Assembly (NCBI RefSeq): GCF_009914755.1
Contig: NC_060928.1
DNA from: the human T2T-CHM13v2.0 reference genome, Homo sapiens
Reading direction: 5' to 3' (one strand)
DNA length: 64,000 nt
The notes under the pieces are model-generated. The model worked only from the letters and a program-made list of their open reading frames with translations, searched no databases and was not told the origin of the DNA. The position numbers and the translations under genes were made by a program. Numbering within the stretch: the first letter of the stretch is position 1; every line of letters starts with the position of its first letter. Of this stretch, positions 1 through 17,884 are shown one piece after another.

Positions 1-759
1 ATCACCTTGGTGAAAGGTTCAACCATACCCCATACATTAGACCCTTAAAACAAACCTGCACTGGGACCTCCTCAATCTAAATAATTTGAAAAAAATACAT
101 TAATGAGATGTCTGATTATGAATCCAATTAACATTTAATTTCAGAATATAATCCAACTATTAAAAAACCCAAATATTGAATGGTCATGTTTCTCTCGCTA
201 AATTAAGATGGGATTATTAGCATATATATTACTTAATATTTGTTTATACTTGTTTCTATATCTGGATGTCACTTGTCCATTTACCTGGCATATATGACTA
301 TTTCATTATTTTAATTATTAAAGATTTAACATATGTTTTGCACTTGGCAGAGCAAGTCACCGTTCATTGTTCTTGTTGTTCAGCGTTTCCTCACCGTTTA
401 TGTAGCCTATTTTTTAAGGTGCTGACTCTGTACACACACTGTATGAATTCAAAGTCCTGTTTCTATAGTCCTGAGATCTTCAGCAATTTCCTTAATCAGT
501 TTCATCTTTGGAAATATTAATATTACTTACATGAGAGGATTATTATGTATACATTTAAGGGGTTTAAATAATATCTAGCAAATATCACTCAAATAAATAA
601 TAGCTTCTATAACTCTCATTTAATCCATAGTAAAAATTGACTTGTCCAGTTAAAATGGAAATATTTTAAAGGTATTATATTAATGGGAATTAATGAGATT
701 ATAGATATGCATATTAATTTAAGGTACATTGATGATGTTCAATGGTACTATACAGAACC

Positions 760-1670
760 ATAATCTTTGTTTCATTGTGTACAACTATTTCCTTGTTTTT
801 TCCAGAGTCTATGTCTTTTATACATGGATGCAACATATTTCAGTTGTTTAAAGCATTTCAGCTTTTTTGGTTGTTACTATAAATAAGGTCTTCACTCCAA
901 TTATCTCTTCTAACTGGTTGTTTTTGCTTCATTTTGTTTTTACATACAAAATGATGGGCTTGGGTATATTGATTTCATTTTCTTACTATATAGCTGCAAT
1001 CTGTTAGTATTTGTAGTGAATTTTAAATGTATTCATTCAGGTTATCAAGGTATAAAATCATAGCATCTGAAAATATCAACAATTTTACCTCATGCTTTCC
1101 AATTTCTGCCCTCTAATTTATTTCTCTTCTTCAATCACATTGACTAGGGTGCCCACTAAAATGTAAAATAATAGAAATTACAGTAGATATTTATCATGTT
1201 TCTCCCTATAATTTTAGTGGAGAATTTCTATTATTGTTCCATTAAAAATAATTCTGGCTTTACACTGAAATTTTTATTTTATTTCCTTAGTAATTTGAAT
1301 TTTAAAAGTGCTGTTTTCAGCACCTATGTTAATGATCATATTTTTACCATTAATATCTAATAACCTGATGAAGTGTATCAATAGTAATTTTCTAATATTA
1401 AAATACCAGCATATTCCTTCAGTTAGCCTTATTTAATTACTATGTATTTTTGATTGATTCTTGATTCCAGTTTCTAATATTTTATTTAAAATGTTTGCAC
1501 TGTTATTGATAAAACAACTCAATAGTTTTATGTTTATTTTCAACCTTTCAAGTTTTTGTATGCATTTATTGATGATTTATATATTTTCTTTCAGATAGTT
1601 TAAATAGAATTGAATGATTTTTGTCTCAGGAATATGATATAATTCTGCTGTGAAATCATCTTGGCCACAT
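760..1670 (-). mobile_element. Ancient, highly diverged LINE-1 (L1M/L1ME-type) ORF2 relic
   Basis: T-rich segments resemble antisense L1 ORF2, e.g. tataaaatcatagcatctgaaaat...ttttacctcatgctttccaattt; boundaries approximate. Confidence 0.55.
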
Positions 1671-1810
1671 AGTAAAGGCATTAAAAAAAAAACAAAAAAA
1701 CACCTCTAAATCTGGCAACATAAGTTGAAATGCTTAAACTAAACCCCCAAATTTATGCCATTTCTGTAAATAATATTGGACTTAACGAAATGAATTTATT
1801 ATCTGTTCTT

Positions 1811-2600
<790 letters not shown>

Positions 2601-3090
2601 CAATGACAAGTTAAGGTAGTATTCAAACAGAAAAGCATGATGGAAGACAAAGAAGCATTCTTCCTGTTAAAGATATGAGTTAGGAATATTAACACACCAA
2701 ATAACGGTACCAACATTTATAGAGTAAAAACTACAGAGATAACACTTTTGGTAAATATGCTTATATCATATACATAGTTATAGTCACATTATGTCCTGTG
2801 ATGGTCAAATGAAACTGTCCAAAAATTCGCTTTATTTCTAGGCTTATTTTTTCATTTCTCTCTAATTTTTAGTCGTCTTATTTGTACATTTTCAGAAAGA
2901 ACAATATTCTACTTGTGTTTTCTGTAATTCACTCATTTGGCTTTTATTGATCTATCACAGTTGTATATATTTTCACCTATTTGTTTTTAATTTTAGTTTT
3001 TATAATTAACTGTATCGAATGCTCATAATAAGTCCTACTTTATCCACTCATTTTTTGCTCAGCTATAATTCGTTTTCAAATATTTACTTT

Positions 3091-4281
<1,191 letters not shown>

Positions 4282-6731
4282 TATTTATTTTTTATAAGAT
4301 TCATGTTAAAATTATTTCTGAAAATCTTGACTTTTAAAACTGTTTTCTATAGACTTCATGTGAAAGTTATAACTTTTATAGATATACAATTTTTCGTTAC
4401 AATATGTTTGCAAGATCTTTTAGATATTTTTCTATTTGTAGTTCAGTGTTGCAGTGGAAAAATGTAAGTCTGTCTGAGTCGTTCTTATCATTATATGTGA
4501 CATGATGTGTTTTCATAGTTGCCCAGTGGATTTTTCATTTCTATGACATTCATTTACTACAAAATATTTGAGACTTTCCATTTTGGGTCAACTTACCCTG
4601 AACCTGGTGTGTCCTCAAAATATGTAATTTTAAGACTAACATACTGAGCATGTACATTGTGTAGATATTGTTTAAACAGTTCATGTAGACTAAATTATTT
4701 AATTCAATTAGCTTCTTACTCTATGGAGTAAAAGTCACCATTTTTTGGAAGGCTAAAGTAGGGCAACAAGAGGCTAAATAAGCAGGTAATCATTGAAGCC
4801 ATGATTTGCACATAGAAAGCCTGGTATAAACCCATGCGCTTTTAATCACTACACTGTACTTGCAGATGTAAAATCTTCTTTTATTTAGAAAAGTCTTCTC
4901 AACTGAATCTTTAAATAATATTCTCTTCTATAATTTTATTTTTTATTTGGGGTTTAGTAGTAGGCCTATAATGGTCTTCATTGTCTATTTTCTATATCTA
5001 TCATTATTTTTCTAATTTTTTATAAAACTTTCAATGGCCATTTTTTGTTGGCTATTTATTATTACTTTCCTTTTAGGTTCTGAGGTATCTATTCTTGCTT
5101 GTGCTCTTTCCATTTTGGTTTTCACAATCTTTTTCATCCAGTTATTTTTTAATATTTCCTTGGCAATAGGTTTATTTTATCTGTTTCTTCCTATTTTAAT
5201 TTTAATCATTGCATTTCTACTTTGTGGTTTTCCTTTAGAAAGTAAAATCATTTGCTATTCAGTTTTAAAAATTATAGTAAAAATTTGGTTATAATTTTTA
5301 TTTCTTCCATGACAATACTTTTCTGAGAGTTTATCTCGTCAGCTGTTAAACATGGGGCTGTCATGAGATAGGCTGTAAAATGGTGACTACGTATGGGTCG
5401 TTAAGGTAGGCTTTACTAAAAAATAATATTTGACAAGTGATGAAGTTCATGTTGTTTGCATACAACATTCTAGAAAGAGTTATGGTCTTCTGCAGTAGTT
5501 AGTCCTATGGGTAAACATATATATTAGAAAGAAAGTGGGACTCATAGCAAATGGTCATGGAAAAAAGCTTGAGATGGCAACAAGGATTAGGTCATTAATA
5601 TTGCTGAATAATAATTTTTCCAAGAGTAATATGAAAGGTTATAGAATGTTTTCAGCAAGTGGTTGCATTTGAAAAGACCAGTCTGCCTTAATTTAGAGGC
5701 ATATAAAAGTCTGTGGAAGGGAGGTAGGAGAAGTCCATGCACATGTTGCTATCACAGCCACACATCATCATTCGTAGTATTTTTCTAATGGTTGTCTACA
5801 AAAATAGATTATTACGATCTTAAGGAAAGAAACTTTGTGTTTAATTCCATACCTATGGTTACTGTTCAATGTATATTACTTTTTCTATGGATGCATTTGA
5901 ATTCTTCTTTACTGATATCTCTCCTTCTCGCCTATATGCACACAATCATCAAGACTTAAATTTTGCTCAAATATAGCCCCTTTATTACCTGACAACTTGG
6001 CTTCTTGCTTTTTTCATATTGAGATCCTGGGCTACAAGCTCAACAATAAATGATGCTGAATCACATTATTGCCATGTAACATCTATGAAATGTTGGATAA
6101 ACAACTGAAATTCAATTTTTTTTCCTTATCCTTAGCATGGAAAAATGATGAATGAGAAATTCTTAGCAGTGTATATGACAGATTATGAGTATGTCATAGT
6201 TAATGTTGTTTGTTTATAAAGAAATTGTATTAGACATTTTGACTAGAAAGATAAAAGAAAAATGACCTTTGGTTTCTCAAACTTTAAATTATAATTCAAA
6301 AAATTACATGATAATGTATGTCAATCATAAAGAAATATTCAATGTAGTGTATTATTATTATAAATCTTTACTAATTTTCTAAAGGACTTTTTACTCCATT
6401 GCTAAATAATCATTATTCTTATTACAGAGTTCTAAACCCCAATATGGTAATCGTGTCCATTCTTGTTTTCACTCATTGTTTGATAGAAATTCACTAAGTG
6501 CCCATCATATGCCAGGTCTTGTTATCATACAGCAGAGAACAAAACAAAATACAGGCTCTTGTGGACATTATATTTTACTGAGGGTGAGAAAAGGTATAAA
6601 AATAAATAAGGAAACTTGTAAATTAAAGCCAAATAATGACAAATTTCAGAAATCACAATAAGGGTAAAGAAGATGACCATATGTAGACAACCAAGGAAAA
6701 TGCTAATTTTTAAAATATTGTCTCCTTCTCC

Positions 6732-7205
6732 TTATTAGATTCCTATTATTACTGTACAGGTTACTTCAAACTAAGTGTTGTAAGAAACATAAATTTCTCT
6801 TTCAAGTCTGGAGCTCAGAAGTCTGACATGATTCTTATGCTAAAATTACGATGTTCACAAGGCTGGTTTCTTCTAGAAGATTCAGGAGAACCTCCATTTC
6901 TTGTTTCTTCCAACTTCAAGAAGGTTACAGGCATTCGTTAGCTCCTAGCTGGATCCTTCCAATCAGCTTCCATTCTCACATTGCATTCTCTTTATTTTGA
7001 ACCTCCTGCTTCCCTGACACAAGGACCCTTGTAATTACATCATGCCTCTCTGGATAATCTGGGATTATCTCCTCATTTCAACATGCCTAATTTAATTACA
7101 TTTGCAGATGCCCTTTGACTAGATGAGATAACATTCACAGGTCCCAGGGATTAGAACAGGAACATCTTTAAGGCAGAGGAGGGGTAAAGATTTCCCTCTG
7201 CCACA
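6732..7205 (-). mobile_element. MaLR solo LTR (MLT1C/D-like)
   Basis: Typical motifs aaggacccttgtaattacat, ataacattcacaggtcccagggattag; terminal ...gccaca. Confidence 0.75.
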
Positions 7206-8989
7206 AATTCCGAAGCCAAGCTAATTAAGTCTTTCAGCATCACATGTAGCTATCTGGAACATGTTAACCTAACATTTGCTTAGGGTGCAAAATGTGTGAA
7301 ATTTAGGACCAACAAAAAAAGCCAAACTTATGTTAATTTGATAGCAATAACCTTAAGGGGGGTACTAGTTTCTTTGACCGGGACAGAACCTAAATTTTCA
7401 AAATAGAAAGAAGCAATTTGCAGCATTAACCAGTTAATTTTTCAAATGGAATGACAATCACTAATTAAGGGCTTTCTATATGTTATTTTGGGAAAGTCAT
7501 TTTAAAACTGCACTGGTCACTCCTTAACCCAGACCCTATAAACCTTTCTGCATTTATAAACAAGGCCCACTGGGTCCAATTTTCCACTAGTGAAGCAAAC
7601 TTCACACTAGCAAAATCAAAGAGTACATTACTCTGTTTGCATATTATGTTACTTCAGCATTTAACTGTGTCTGTGTTCTTGCCAAAAATATCTATACATC
7701 TATACCATTATAGCAATCTTTGTTAAGGTGTTGTTATGTGAATACTGTCTTTTAGCTTGGTGGATGCTGCTTACTCAATCTATTGTCGGTAGATCTCTGA
7801 CTCCAGGTAAGAGATTTTGGAATAAAGGATTCTAAATTCAATTTAACGTTGATTTATTAAGCACCTGTTTTGTATCTAACACTGTATTTATTCTATTAAC
7901 TCTCCTAACATAAGTGCAACACATGGAAATGGATACTAGACTGAAGTGCAATAAAGTTTAAGCCTCAAATAGATTAATTTTGAGTTAGGTAAGAGTTCCT
8001 GTCTTTGCTTACCCACTTACTTTTGACATAAAGAGAAGTACAAATGTTTATATATTTGTGTTTCAAAAATAATACAAGACATAGTATATTCATTTACTTA
8101 ATAACTGTTTTACATTTTCTGTTTTTATTATATATTTTCCCACTTCTAAATACCTAACAGAATGTATTATTTCATCTGTTTCTTATTGTCTTATATTTAT
8201 TGCTTCAGTAATTTGAAACTAGGAATTGACAGAAATTTGGCCACAGATCTGTCAACCTGATCGTTAAAGATCATATAGTCAATTTTTATCATCTTTGGCC
8301 ACAAAACATAAGGCAGTTTGGCAGTTTGCAATGACATTTTATTTTGCTGATTTTTACTGTCACTTTGCAGAACGAGTTTATTTTAAATCAAGCCCAAGCA
8401 GCCTTAATGTAATATGACTGAAATATAACATGTGAAAAAAAGTCTCTAAAGGAATGATGGAATAACTAGAAATTAAGGAAAAGTGACTGAAAATTTGGAA
8501 TCATATCTGAAAGAATTAAAGAGAATATTATTAAGTATAAAAATGTTCTGAGAAAAAATGTCATTTAACTATTTTCCCAAATATCTAGAAATAAAAATAT
8601 TATTTGACACAAAATATATGTAATTAACTTTTTCTATGTACACAAAGAGAAAAAATTAGTATGTTGTAAAGTGGCCTATTACAACTATTTAGAAGTCTTT
8701 TCTATTGATACTGTTATAAATGTTTTAAAATGTAATTAATTAATTAGTGGTCATATATTGAAGATTAACATTCATTTGTATCTAAAAATTATAAAATAGG
8801 TTTATTATCAACATGAGATTTCATTACCCCTTTAAAATGTATTTTTCATAGTAGTGGAATTTATTTTTTCTACTACACTGCTTTACTTTAAATTTAAGGG
8901 AATCTTAATACAAAGATAGAATAACAGGGATAGAATTAAACCTTCTTTCTTAAATAACTTAGAAAACAATAATGATTTACATTCACTGG

Positions 8990-10790
8990 GCAACAGGAAG
9001 TGAATAATTGTCATCCCTGAAAGAAGAATGATAAACAAGGTGAACTAGGATTGCATCAATATACTGCCTGGAGACACTTTCACAACACAAGTAGGAGAAC
9101 CAATAGAAAGTCTAACAAGCTTCCTAAGTTAAAGAGATTGAGTTGGAGTTTGAGGAGGCCAACATGGCTAGAATTTGTGAAGGGAGGTGGAGATGGACTA
9201 GAAGGGAGTGCTAATGATTAGAAGAATATTCATTGTAAGTCATTAGTTGAGTACTGAGTTGTCCATGTGTGAATAGCAACTATCTAATGACGAGATAAAT
9301 ATCATCTCTAACCAGTATTCGGGACAATTCACAAAGTTCACAAAGGTGGGAGTAATTGGTTTTTATCAGGTAGAATATTGGGTAGAAAATGTACTGCCTT
9401 ATTAATGGCAATAAATAACCCCGTGACTAAAGGCTGCCAAAAACTCTTCTGGTCACTGATCACTACTCTACATCAAACCTAAAATTACTAATTGAAGGAA
9501 TGCCACTGATTCTACTCTCTTAAACTCATAATAGAGTAAAATTCATTAGTACATGAAAAATAAAACTATATCTAGCAAGCAATATTTAATTAAATATATC
9601 ACTCAGTTAAATATGACCCAAGTAGGCAAAGTATAAGTCATAACTGGGAGAAAACAGATAAGAAATAACATAGAGAAACTAGATGACAAGAATATTAAAA
9701 TAGTTATCAAAATATGTTTCATGTGTTAATGAAGGTAGAGGAAATAATAAGAAAAGTACTGGAAGAGAGAAAAAATTCTTATAAAAAACTTCTAGAAAAA
9801 ATATATTCTTTGAAATATAGTACATTGATTGGAATTAACCACTGATTAGACACTGCATAACAAAATAGAAGTGAAGTTAAAGACAGAGCAAAAACCCTAG
9901 CAAAAAACATACACAGAGAATAAAAGATTGAAAGAAATTATAGTATCAAGGTGTTATTTGATATAATTCGGTAATGTGACATATGTGTAATTGTAGTTCC
10001 AAATGCTTACAAAAGATAATGGAAAGTGGAAAAAGAATATTTGAAGGAAAGATTTCCAAAACATACCCTAATTGAATGAAAGCATTAAACCCACAGTTCC
10101 ACTATCAACAAACCCCCAGCAGAACCAACATAAGGCCTATCATAATCAATATTTTTAAACAAGCAATAAACAAATCATTAAAATATTTATAAAGAGTACA
10201 GTATGCAGAAGGAAACAATGTTAAGGATGATAGCCAACTTATTACGAGAAGCAATGCAACCTAAAAGATAATGGAATGACATCCTTAAAATATTGAAGGA
10301 AAAACTCTCAACCCTACATTTTTTACCTAGGTTAATGTATTCTGGAAAGGAGAGCAAAATAGTGTATTTTCCATACAAACAAAAGCTGAGATAATTTATT
10401 GCCAACACACCTGCAGCACAATACATTTTAAATAAAATTTTCAAGCAGAGGAAAACAATACCAGGTAGCAATTTGGATCTGCACAAAGGAATTAAGAACC
10501 CTGAAATGCAAAACACGCAAGTGAGTATGAGACTTTAAAATCAATTTTTGAACCCTTTAAAATATGATTATATAAGTCAAAACCAGTAATAGTATATTGT
10601 GGGTTTTGTAATATATTTAGACCTAGACTGTATGACACCAATAGCACAATGTGCAGAAAAGGAGAAATGGAAGAATATGGAAGTAAAATACACTATGTGT
10701 GGTGTATTATAATTATTTTTGTGGATTGAGATAAAATAAGATGTATACTCTAAACCATATAGTAACCGCAAAACAATAAAGTCAAGCCAA
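8990..10790 (+). mobile_element. Old LINE-1 (L1MC/MD-like) 5'UTR/ORF1 relic
   Basis: A-rich sense ORF1-like sequence (ataatggaatgacatccttaaaatattgaagg...caaaagctgagataatttattgccaacacacctgca); boundaries approximate. Confidence 0.7.
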
Positions 10791-11018
10791 ATACATAGAC
10801 TAGAAGCTGAATGGCATTGACTTCAAGAACAGTGTTGAATTCAAACAATGTTTTGTAAATTGTGAAGGATTTTATTTTCAACCTATAATAATCAATAGAA
10901 ACACATCAGAAATAACATAAAGAAACTAGCAGACAAGAATATTAACCATTTTAAGTGTGTGAGACTAAAACATTTTCATGTCTTAATCCAAGGTCTCAAC
11001 ATTTACTCCTATTCACCC

Positions 11019-11800
<782 letters not shown>

Positions 11801-13847
11801 ACTGCTGGATTTTATTATAAACCCTAATGTGGCTTCTTGTCTTTACGTTTTGTTGTTTTTGTTATTTTAATAAAAGATAAACATAACATAAATAAAAATT
11901 ATTTATAATTTATATTCATAACTTATTTATAAATAAAAATTAGAATAAAAAATAAATTGAAACAAAATTATAGGCTAAAATATGTTATAATTTGGAGCTG
12001 AAGTTTACTGTGGAGTACTGAAAGCCAAAACAAAAAGATAAGTAGAAAATGTGTTAGACAATAGACTTAAATATAATTTTTTAAAGTTTTATATATGAAA
12101 GTCTCTTTTTCTTACACTGTCATTTGTTTCTGTAACCAAAAAAATGCATATACATTTTAATTCTAATTCAGTGGCAGCTTTAACTATTTAAGTATTTTAT
12201 TGTTGATTTTGTTTTCATAAATGAATAATACTTTTCCCTAGGAAAAAGCAGGGTTCAGTAGAAATTGTCTCTCTCTCTCTCTCTCTCCCCCTCTCCTCTC
12301 TGTGTGTGTGTATGATTAATTAATATAATGAATATATGTAATATATATTAGATATATACTAAGAAAATGAGTTCACATAAATCATTTCTAATAAATGTAT
12401 TTTCTTAAGAGAAATACCTCAATTAATTTTTTTAATAAGGAATAGAAACAACTCATAACCAGTAAGTCTCATGATTGTATATTGAAAATAATTTTATAAA
12501 ATTCTAACCTTCTAGCAAAACACAACACTGACTTTGCAACAGCACCTACTAAAATATATTTATGTTTTCTCCTCCAGGATATTATTTAAAGGGGGGCCAT
12601 CCGTATTTTCTTCAAGAAACAATATTTAACTTTTAAGGTATATGTTATACCCTGGATAGCAAGAAAAAAAAATTCAAAGATGAATAGCACGCAGTGCCAT
12701 TGTCAAGGATGCTCACAGTTGAGGTGACTAAAATATTTATTTAAGTTCTACTATGTGTCATACAGACAAAGTGCTCTGGGGATTTCCAGGACAGAGGCCT
12801 TAAATTGTAGTAACAAACTTTTAAAAAGATTGAATCATGGGGAAATACGTCATTGCGACTGAAGTGCAGGTTTAGCATATACTAAATAATGTGAAAATAT
12901 GAAACATATGTGTAAGCTGCTAATATTTCTGTTTGGCTGCAGCACTTATGTATGATGACCAACAGTAAAAATGAGCTGGGATCACATCATAGAGGACTTT
13001 AAATGCTGTCCATGAGGAGCTAATATGTTAGTCTGTGAAGGAAAAACAAAACACAAAACATTGAAAATAATTAGGAGCAAGCAGAAAAGTATATCTTCAG
13101 ACATCATTTTATAGTCTGCCTTTCCAAGAAAATTATTAGAACAGTCCACCTAACCCAATAAAAATAGCTTCGGCAATTCATAATCCAGTACCACAGGGCT
13201 GACAAAAACATATGGAGAAAATAATAGGTATAAACATGGCTATCGTCAATTTATAAATGTTTTAACATTTATTTTTACCTGAAGAACTCATACACTAACT
13301 CTATCATTAAAATTCCTATCTTCATTGCTATGTGAATGTTTCAATGTGTTAAAGATATGTCCTCTTTTATTTCCTGTTGTATAATTATTCATTCAGAAAA
13401 AAAAAAAAGCAGGTTCCATTTTGGCAGTTTTTCTTCTCTTGGCACATCTAGACAAATTACCAAATATATATTTTTTCCTGTGGCCGTAATGTATACTTCA
13501 TCTGTGAAAAAGTTTGAGATCAAGGAAGATGACTTTCATGAACACCAGATTTTCTTACTTTACTTTTCTTTGTTTTTGCATGTATCTCTCTAGAATATAC
13601 AAAAGAGAAGCAAATATCATGACTTCAAAGCAAGAACATTTGCCTACTACATAACTTGTCATATAATCAAAATCACACCGCTCCACCTATTTTTGTAATT
13701 CCAAGTATAAGACTGCAAGATGTTTTTTCCACCTCTGCTAGTTCTTTGTTAGGGGAAGAGTTTAATTTGAAAGATTATTAAAGTCTCTGCCTGCATTTTT
13801 AAAATTAAGATTACTCATTTAATGATTCCATAATGACTACTGTTCTT

Positions 13848-14432
13848 TTTTTTTTTTTTTAAGATTTGAGAAATTTAAATGTCAATTTAATCTTTTTTTT
13901 TTATTATACTTTAAGTTTTAGGGTACATGTGCACATTGTGCAGGTTAGTTACATATGTATACATGTGCCATGCTGGTGCGCTGCACCCACTAACTCGTCA
14001 TCTAGCATTAGGTATATCTCCCAATGCTATCCCTCCCCCCTCTCCCCACCCCACCACAGTCCCCAGAGTGTGATATTCCCCTTCCTGTGTCCATGTGATC
14101 TCATTGTTCAATTCCCACCTATGAGTGAGAATATGCGGTGTTTGGTTTTTTGTTCTTGCGATAGTTTACTGAGAATGATGATTTCCAATTTCATCCATGT
14201 CCCTACAAAGGACATGAACTCATCATTTTTTATGGCTGCATAGTATTCTATGGTGTATATGTGCCACATTTTCTTAATCCAGTCTATCATTGTTGGACAT
14301 TTGGGTTGGTTCCAAGTCTTTGCTATTGTGAATAATGCCGCAATAAACATACGTGTGCGTGTGTCTTTATAGTAGCATGATTTATAGTCATTTGGGTATA
14401 TACCCAGTAATGGGATGGCTGGGTCAAATGGT
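13848..14432 (-). mobile_element. 5'-truncated young LINE-1 (L1PA2-like) with short 3' transduction
   Basis: Near-perfect L1 3' end with the non-Ta GAG triplet (gatgacGAGttagtggg) and cttaAagtataat; perfect 15 bp TSD atgactactgttctt (13833-13847, 14433-14447); two poly(A) tracts separated by 32 bp. Confidence 0.95.
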
Positions 14433-16831
14433 ATGACTACTGTTCTTAATGTTGCCTATGACATGATGTGGCTTATATTGAATTTCAGGTCAGTAAACAG
14501 ATATTTTAAATCTTTATATTTCACATTCCAATTGTATAATAGTTTTTAAAAGGTGCACATATGTCAATACTGTATTTCATTAGAATTTAAATATTGGAAT
14601 AGAGGGGAGCATTTTAACATATACCTGAAGATAGTAAGATTACAAAAACTTAATGTTTTAAACAAGTTTATCATTGTATGTGTATGAGTAATTGTGGTGG
14701 TCTTTTAATGTTTTTGTTACTTTTTTTCCGCCTTTCTTACACTGTGTCTTCATCTCCAAAAAGTATAATCTGATGTTTCCAATGGCATCCTCTTTGGCTA
14801 AGAAAGTATTGTTAATTACAACTGATTTGGCTGTAGAGTGTAAAGACAAATAATTTGATAAATTACAGTATTATGAAAATAGGAATTTGATTATCCATGA
14901 AAGACTTCACACTAAAGGTTTATCAATGCTGAAATTAAAAAAAATTAGACTTACTGCCAACTTTTGCAGGCTCTGCAATATAATTCTTTAAAAATATTTC
15001 GGGAAAAAAGGTTATATACAATTATTTTTATGTAATAATAAACAGACATATAAATCATTATTATTTGAAGTCATCAACTTGCTGTTTTGACTATAGGAAA
15101 GGGTGAGAATAAAATGAATATATTTAAAAATTTGCATAATATTTCATCTTCTATTTATGTGTTGATATATCACATTAACGAAAACACAAAGCATTATCTA
15201 AAAAAAGTTCTAGATATTTACAAAAACATTTCTGTTGCTATATATAAATTTTATATTAATTATATTCTATAAATGTGCCTATTTAAAATTATAAAGGTTG
15301 ACTTAGTAGGATAAAAATTTCCATTCCATGTCATGTTTCATGACAGTACAGGGACGTGAGAGAAGGGAAATATTTTGTTTCGTATTGTTCTGGTTTTTTG
15401 GGAATAAGAAGGATTAAATATATACACTAAACATGCCAGGCTTTTATTGATCTTTTGTGAATCTGCTATACACTTAATTAAAGTAATTTTTTAGTTTAAT
15501 TATAGTAAACAAAGTGCTTAGTAAACATAGCTTTTTGGAGAATTTGCATAAGTTTAGTATGTATTAAGATTTAGTATATTTTAGACAGAGCCAGGATTTT
15601 CAAGTATCAGCTGTATCACTTGGTGAGTTTATTCACATTATTTTGGTGATAATACATTGTGATTTTTTTTCCATATGACATTTTTCTCTTTACATACCAT
15701 AGTTTTAAGAATTTTATATGATTATTTACATAACCACGAAATAACGCATGGGTTAAGTTGTTTTTACATGAATTTAGAATGGGAGAGAAAGCATGTTGTT
15801 GTAATCATTACTAAAAAGAGTTAAGATTTCAGCAATTGAGTCATTTATAATTGTGTTGTACAAATAGTAATCAGTCCAGAAATTTCTCCAATTAACTAAT
15901 ATTTTTCTACATAAAAAAGATTAGGAATAAAATATTAATAAGAATAATAACTTCCTGAGATAAATCTTATTAAGCTCATAACTACATGATATAATTAATA
16001 AAAAGTGGTTTTTAAAAATAAATAGCAACTGTAATTATTTATAATTATTATATATTGGAAAACAATGGTTGGTATCACAACCTTTTTTTTACATTTACCA
16101 AGAAAATATGCAAACAAATAAGTTAAGTACCAATTGTATACTGTGAAACTTTAGTGGAGAGACACAAACTATAATTTTAATAAAAAAGCTTTTGATGTAA
16201 ATTTCTTCTAATGATAACAAAAATTTCTTTAATCCCCCAAAATTTGCTCTACCAACAAACTGTTTGCGTTCCATCACAAAAATTACCTTTTGTTTTAATG
16301 TCTCATACCCTATAAAGTTGAAAATTAGATGTACCACCCAAACAAGAATGAGACACACCTGTCTGATAACTCATTGTCAGTGAGTAGTTCACATCTTCTA
16401 AACCTCAGAGTTTAGAAGGTTTAAAAGGAGGTCATCAACTGGAAAAGATGAAGAAAGCAAAAGGACATACAAGAAATTTGAAAACTGAGAACCAAAAATA
16501 AGTACTTCGTCACAAAGTAATCTTGGAGCAACTTGTCCTTTCAGATAATTTTTGTTATTTTATCATTTTATCCTCTGAAATCTGTAAACTTTTATCACAG
16601 AAACACTTAAGGCTATGATGCCTTACTAAGTAATCATAGCATTAACACAATAAATTCCAACTCCTCATCATGTTCGTCTTCTATTCAACAGCTTCCAGTT
16701 ATGTGTGTCCTTCATTAAAGAAAATTATTTCATTTTCATCCTTATTTTGACATTGACATATGTTTTCAAGTTTATCAACACATTTCCTTTTAAATAAATG
16801 CTACGCATTCAACTTTTTCCAAATAACAAAA

Positions 16832-17040
16832 GCAGCTAACATTTTTGAGTGATTACACTCTGCTAGTCACTATTGTTATACTATTTTATACACTTTATTT
16901 TTTAACATTCTCAATAGTCTTAGAAAGTAGTTGCTATTATTATTACCATTTGTCTGCTGAAGAAATCAAGCCTCAGAAATTAATTGTTTTCCCAAGATAG
17001 ATACATGCTTTGGTGCTGAAACTGCTATGTCCAGTATCTG
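16832..17040 (-). mobile_element. MIR SINE relic
   Basis: gcagctaacatttttgagtg...tattattaccatttgtctgctgaagaaatcaagcctcaga resembles the MIR core. Confidence 0.6.
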
Positions 17041-17495
17041 AAAATATAGTCATCAATAGGCCTTCCTAAATACATCTGAATCTACAACACAAAAGGGACA
17101 AATGTTTTTCTGGAGAAAATAAACAAACAGATACTGCCTCATTGTTTTGTCCATGCAGTTCCTTTTCCTTGGACAACAGGTCTCTTAACATCTTCACATC
17201 TTTCAAGATCTAGTTTAACTCCACCTACAGCAAGAAGCATTAACTAATCAATATATTTGTAAAACTGATTGATAACCCATCTCTGTCTTTACAGAACCCT
17301 GCTCCAATGCTTTTGGATTTCTCTTATCAGAAAAATTAACATCCAATCTAAACAAATAGATATTTGGATTTTGACTATTGCCATTTCCATTATAATATTG
17401 AAATCGAATTGTGAATTATTCATGTCTGCATCTCATCAATATTAGACCACTGCTTTCTTCCAGAGAATTTCTGTTAAGAAAATTAAGAGTATAGT

Positions 17496-17884
17496 GTATT
17501 CATTTTCTAGGTCCTCCATAGAAACACCACAGATTGGATGTTTTCATCAAGAGAAATTAATTTCCTCATAGTTCTCGAAGGTAGAAATTCAAGACCAAGG
17601 TGTCAGCAGGTTTGTTTTTTTCAAATGGCCTTTCTCTTTGGTTTGCAGGTAACCACCTTTTTGCCATGTTCTCGTGTGGTCTTTCATCTGTCTCTTTTGT
17701 CTGTGTCCTAATCTCTTCTTTTTATAAGGACACCAGTCATACCAGATTAGGGCATAACGCAATGACCTTATTTAATATTCATGACCTCTTTAAATACTCT
17801 ATCTCCAAATACAGTCATCTGGGGTAGTTGGGGGTAGGGATTCAGCATATTCATGTTAGCATTACACAATTTCAACCTCTAACA
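17496..17884 (-). mobile_element. MaLR solo LTR (MLT1A/B-like)
   Basis: aagaccaaggtgtcagcagg, ttataaggacaccagtcata, ccaaatacagtca motifs; TG...CA ends. Confidence 0.75.

Noticed and set aside
7756-7805. Possible 50 bp exon (ttttag|...ccag|gtaaga)
   Set aside because: Splice-like motifs are common by chance; no transcript evidence available.
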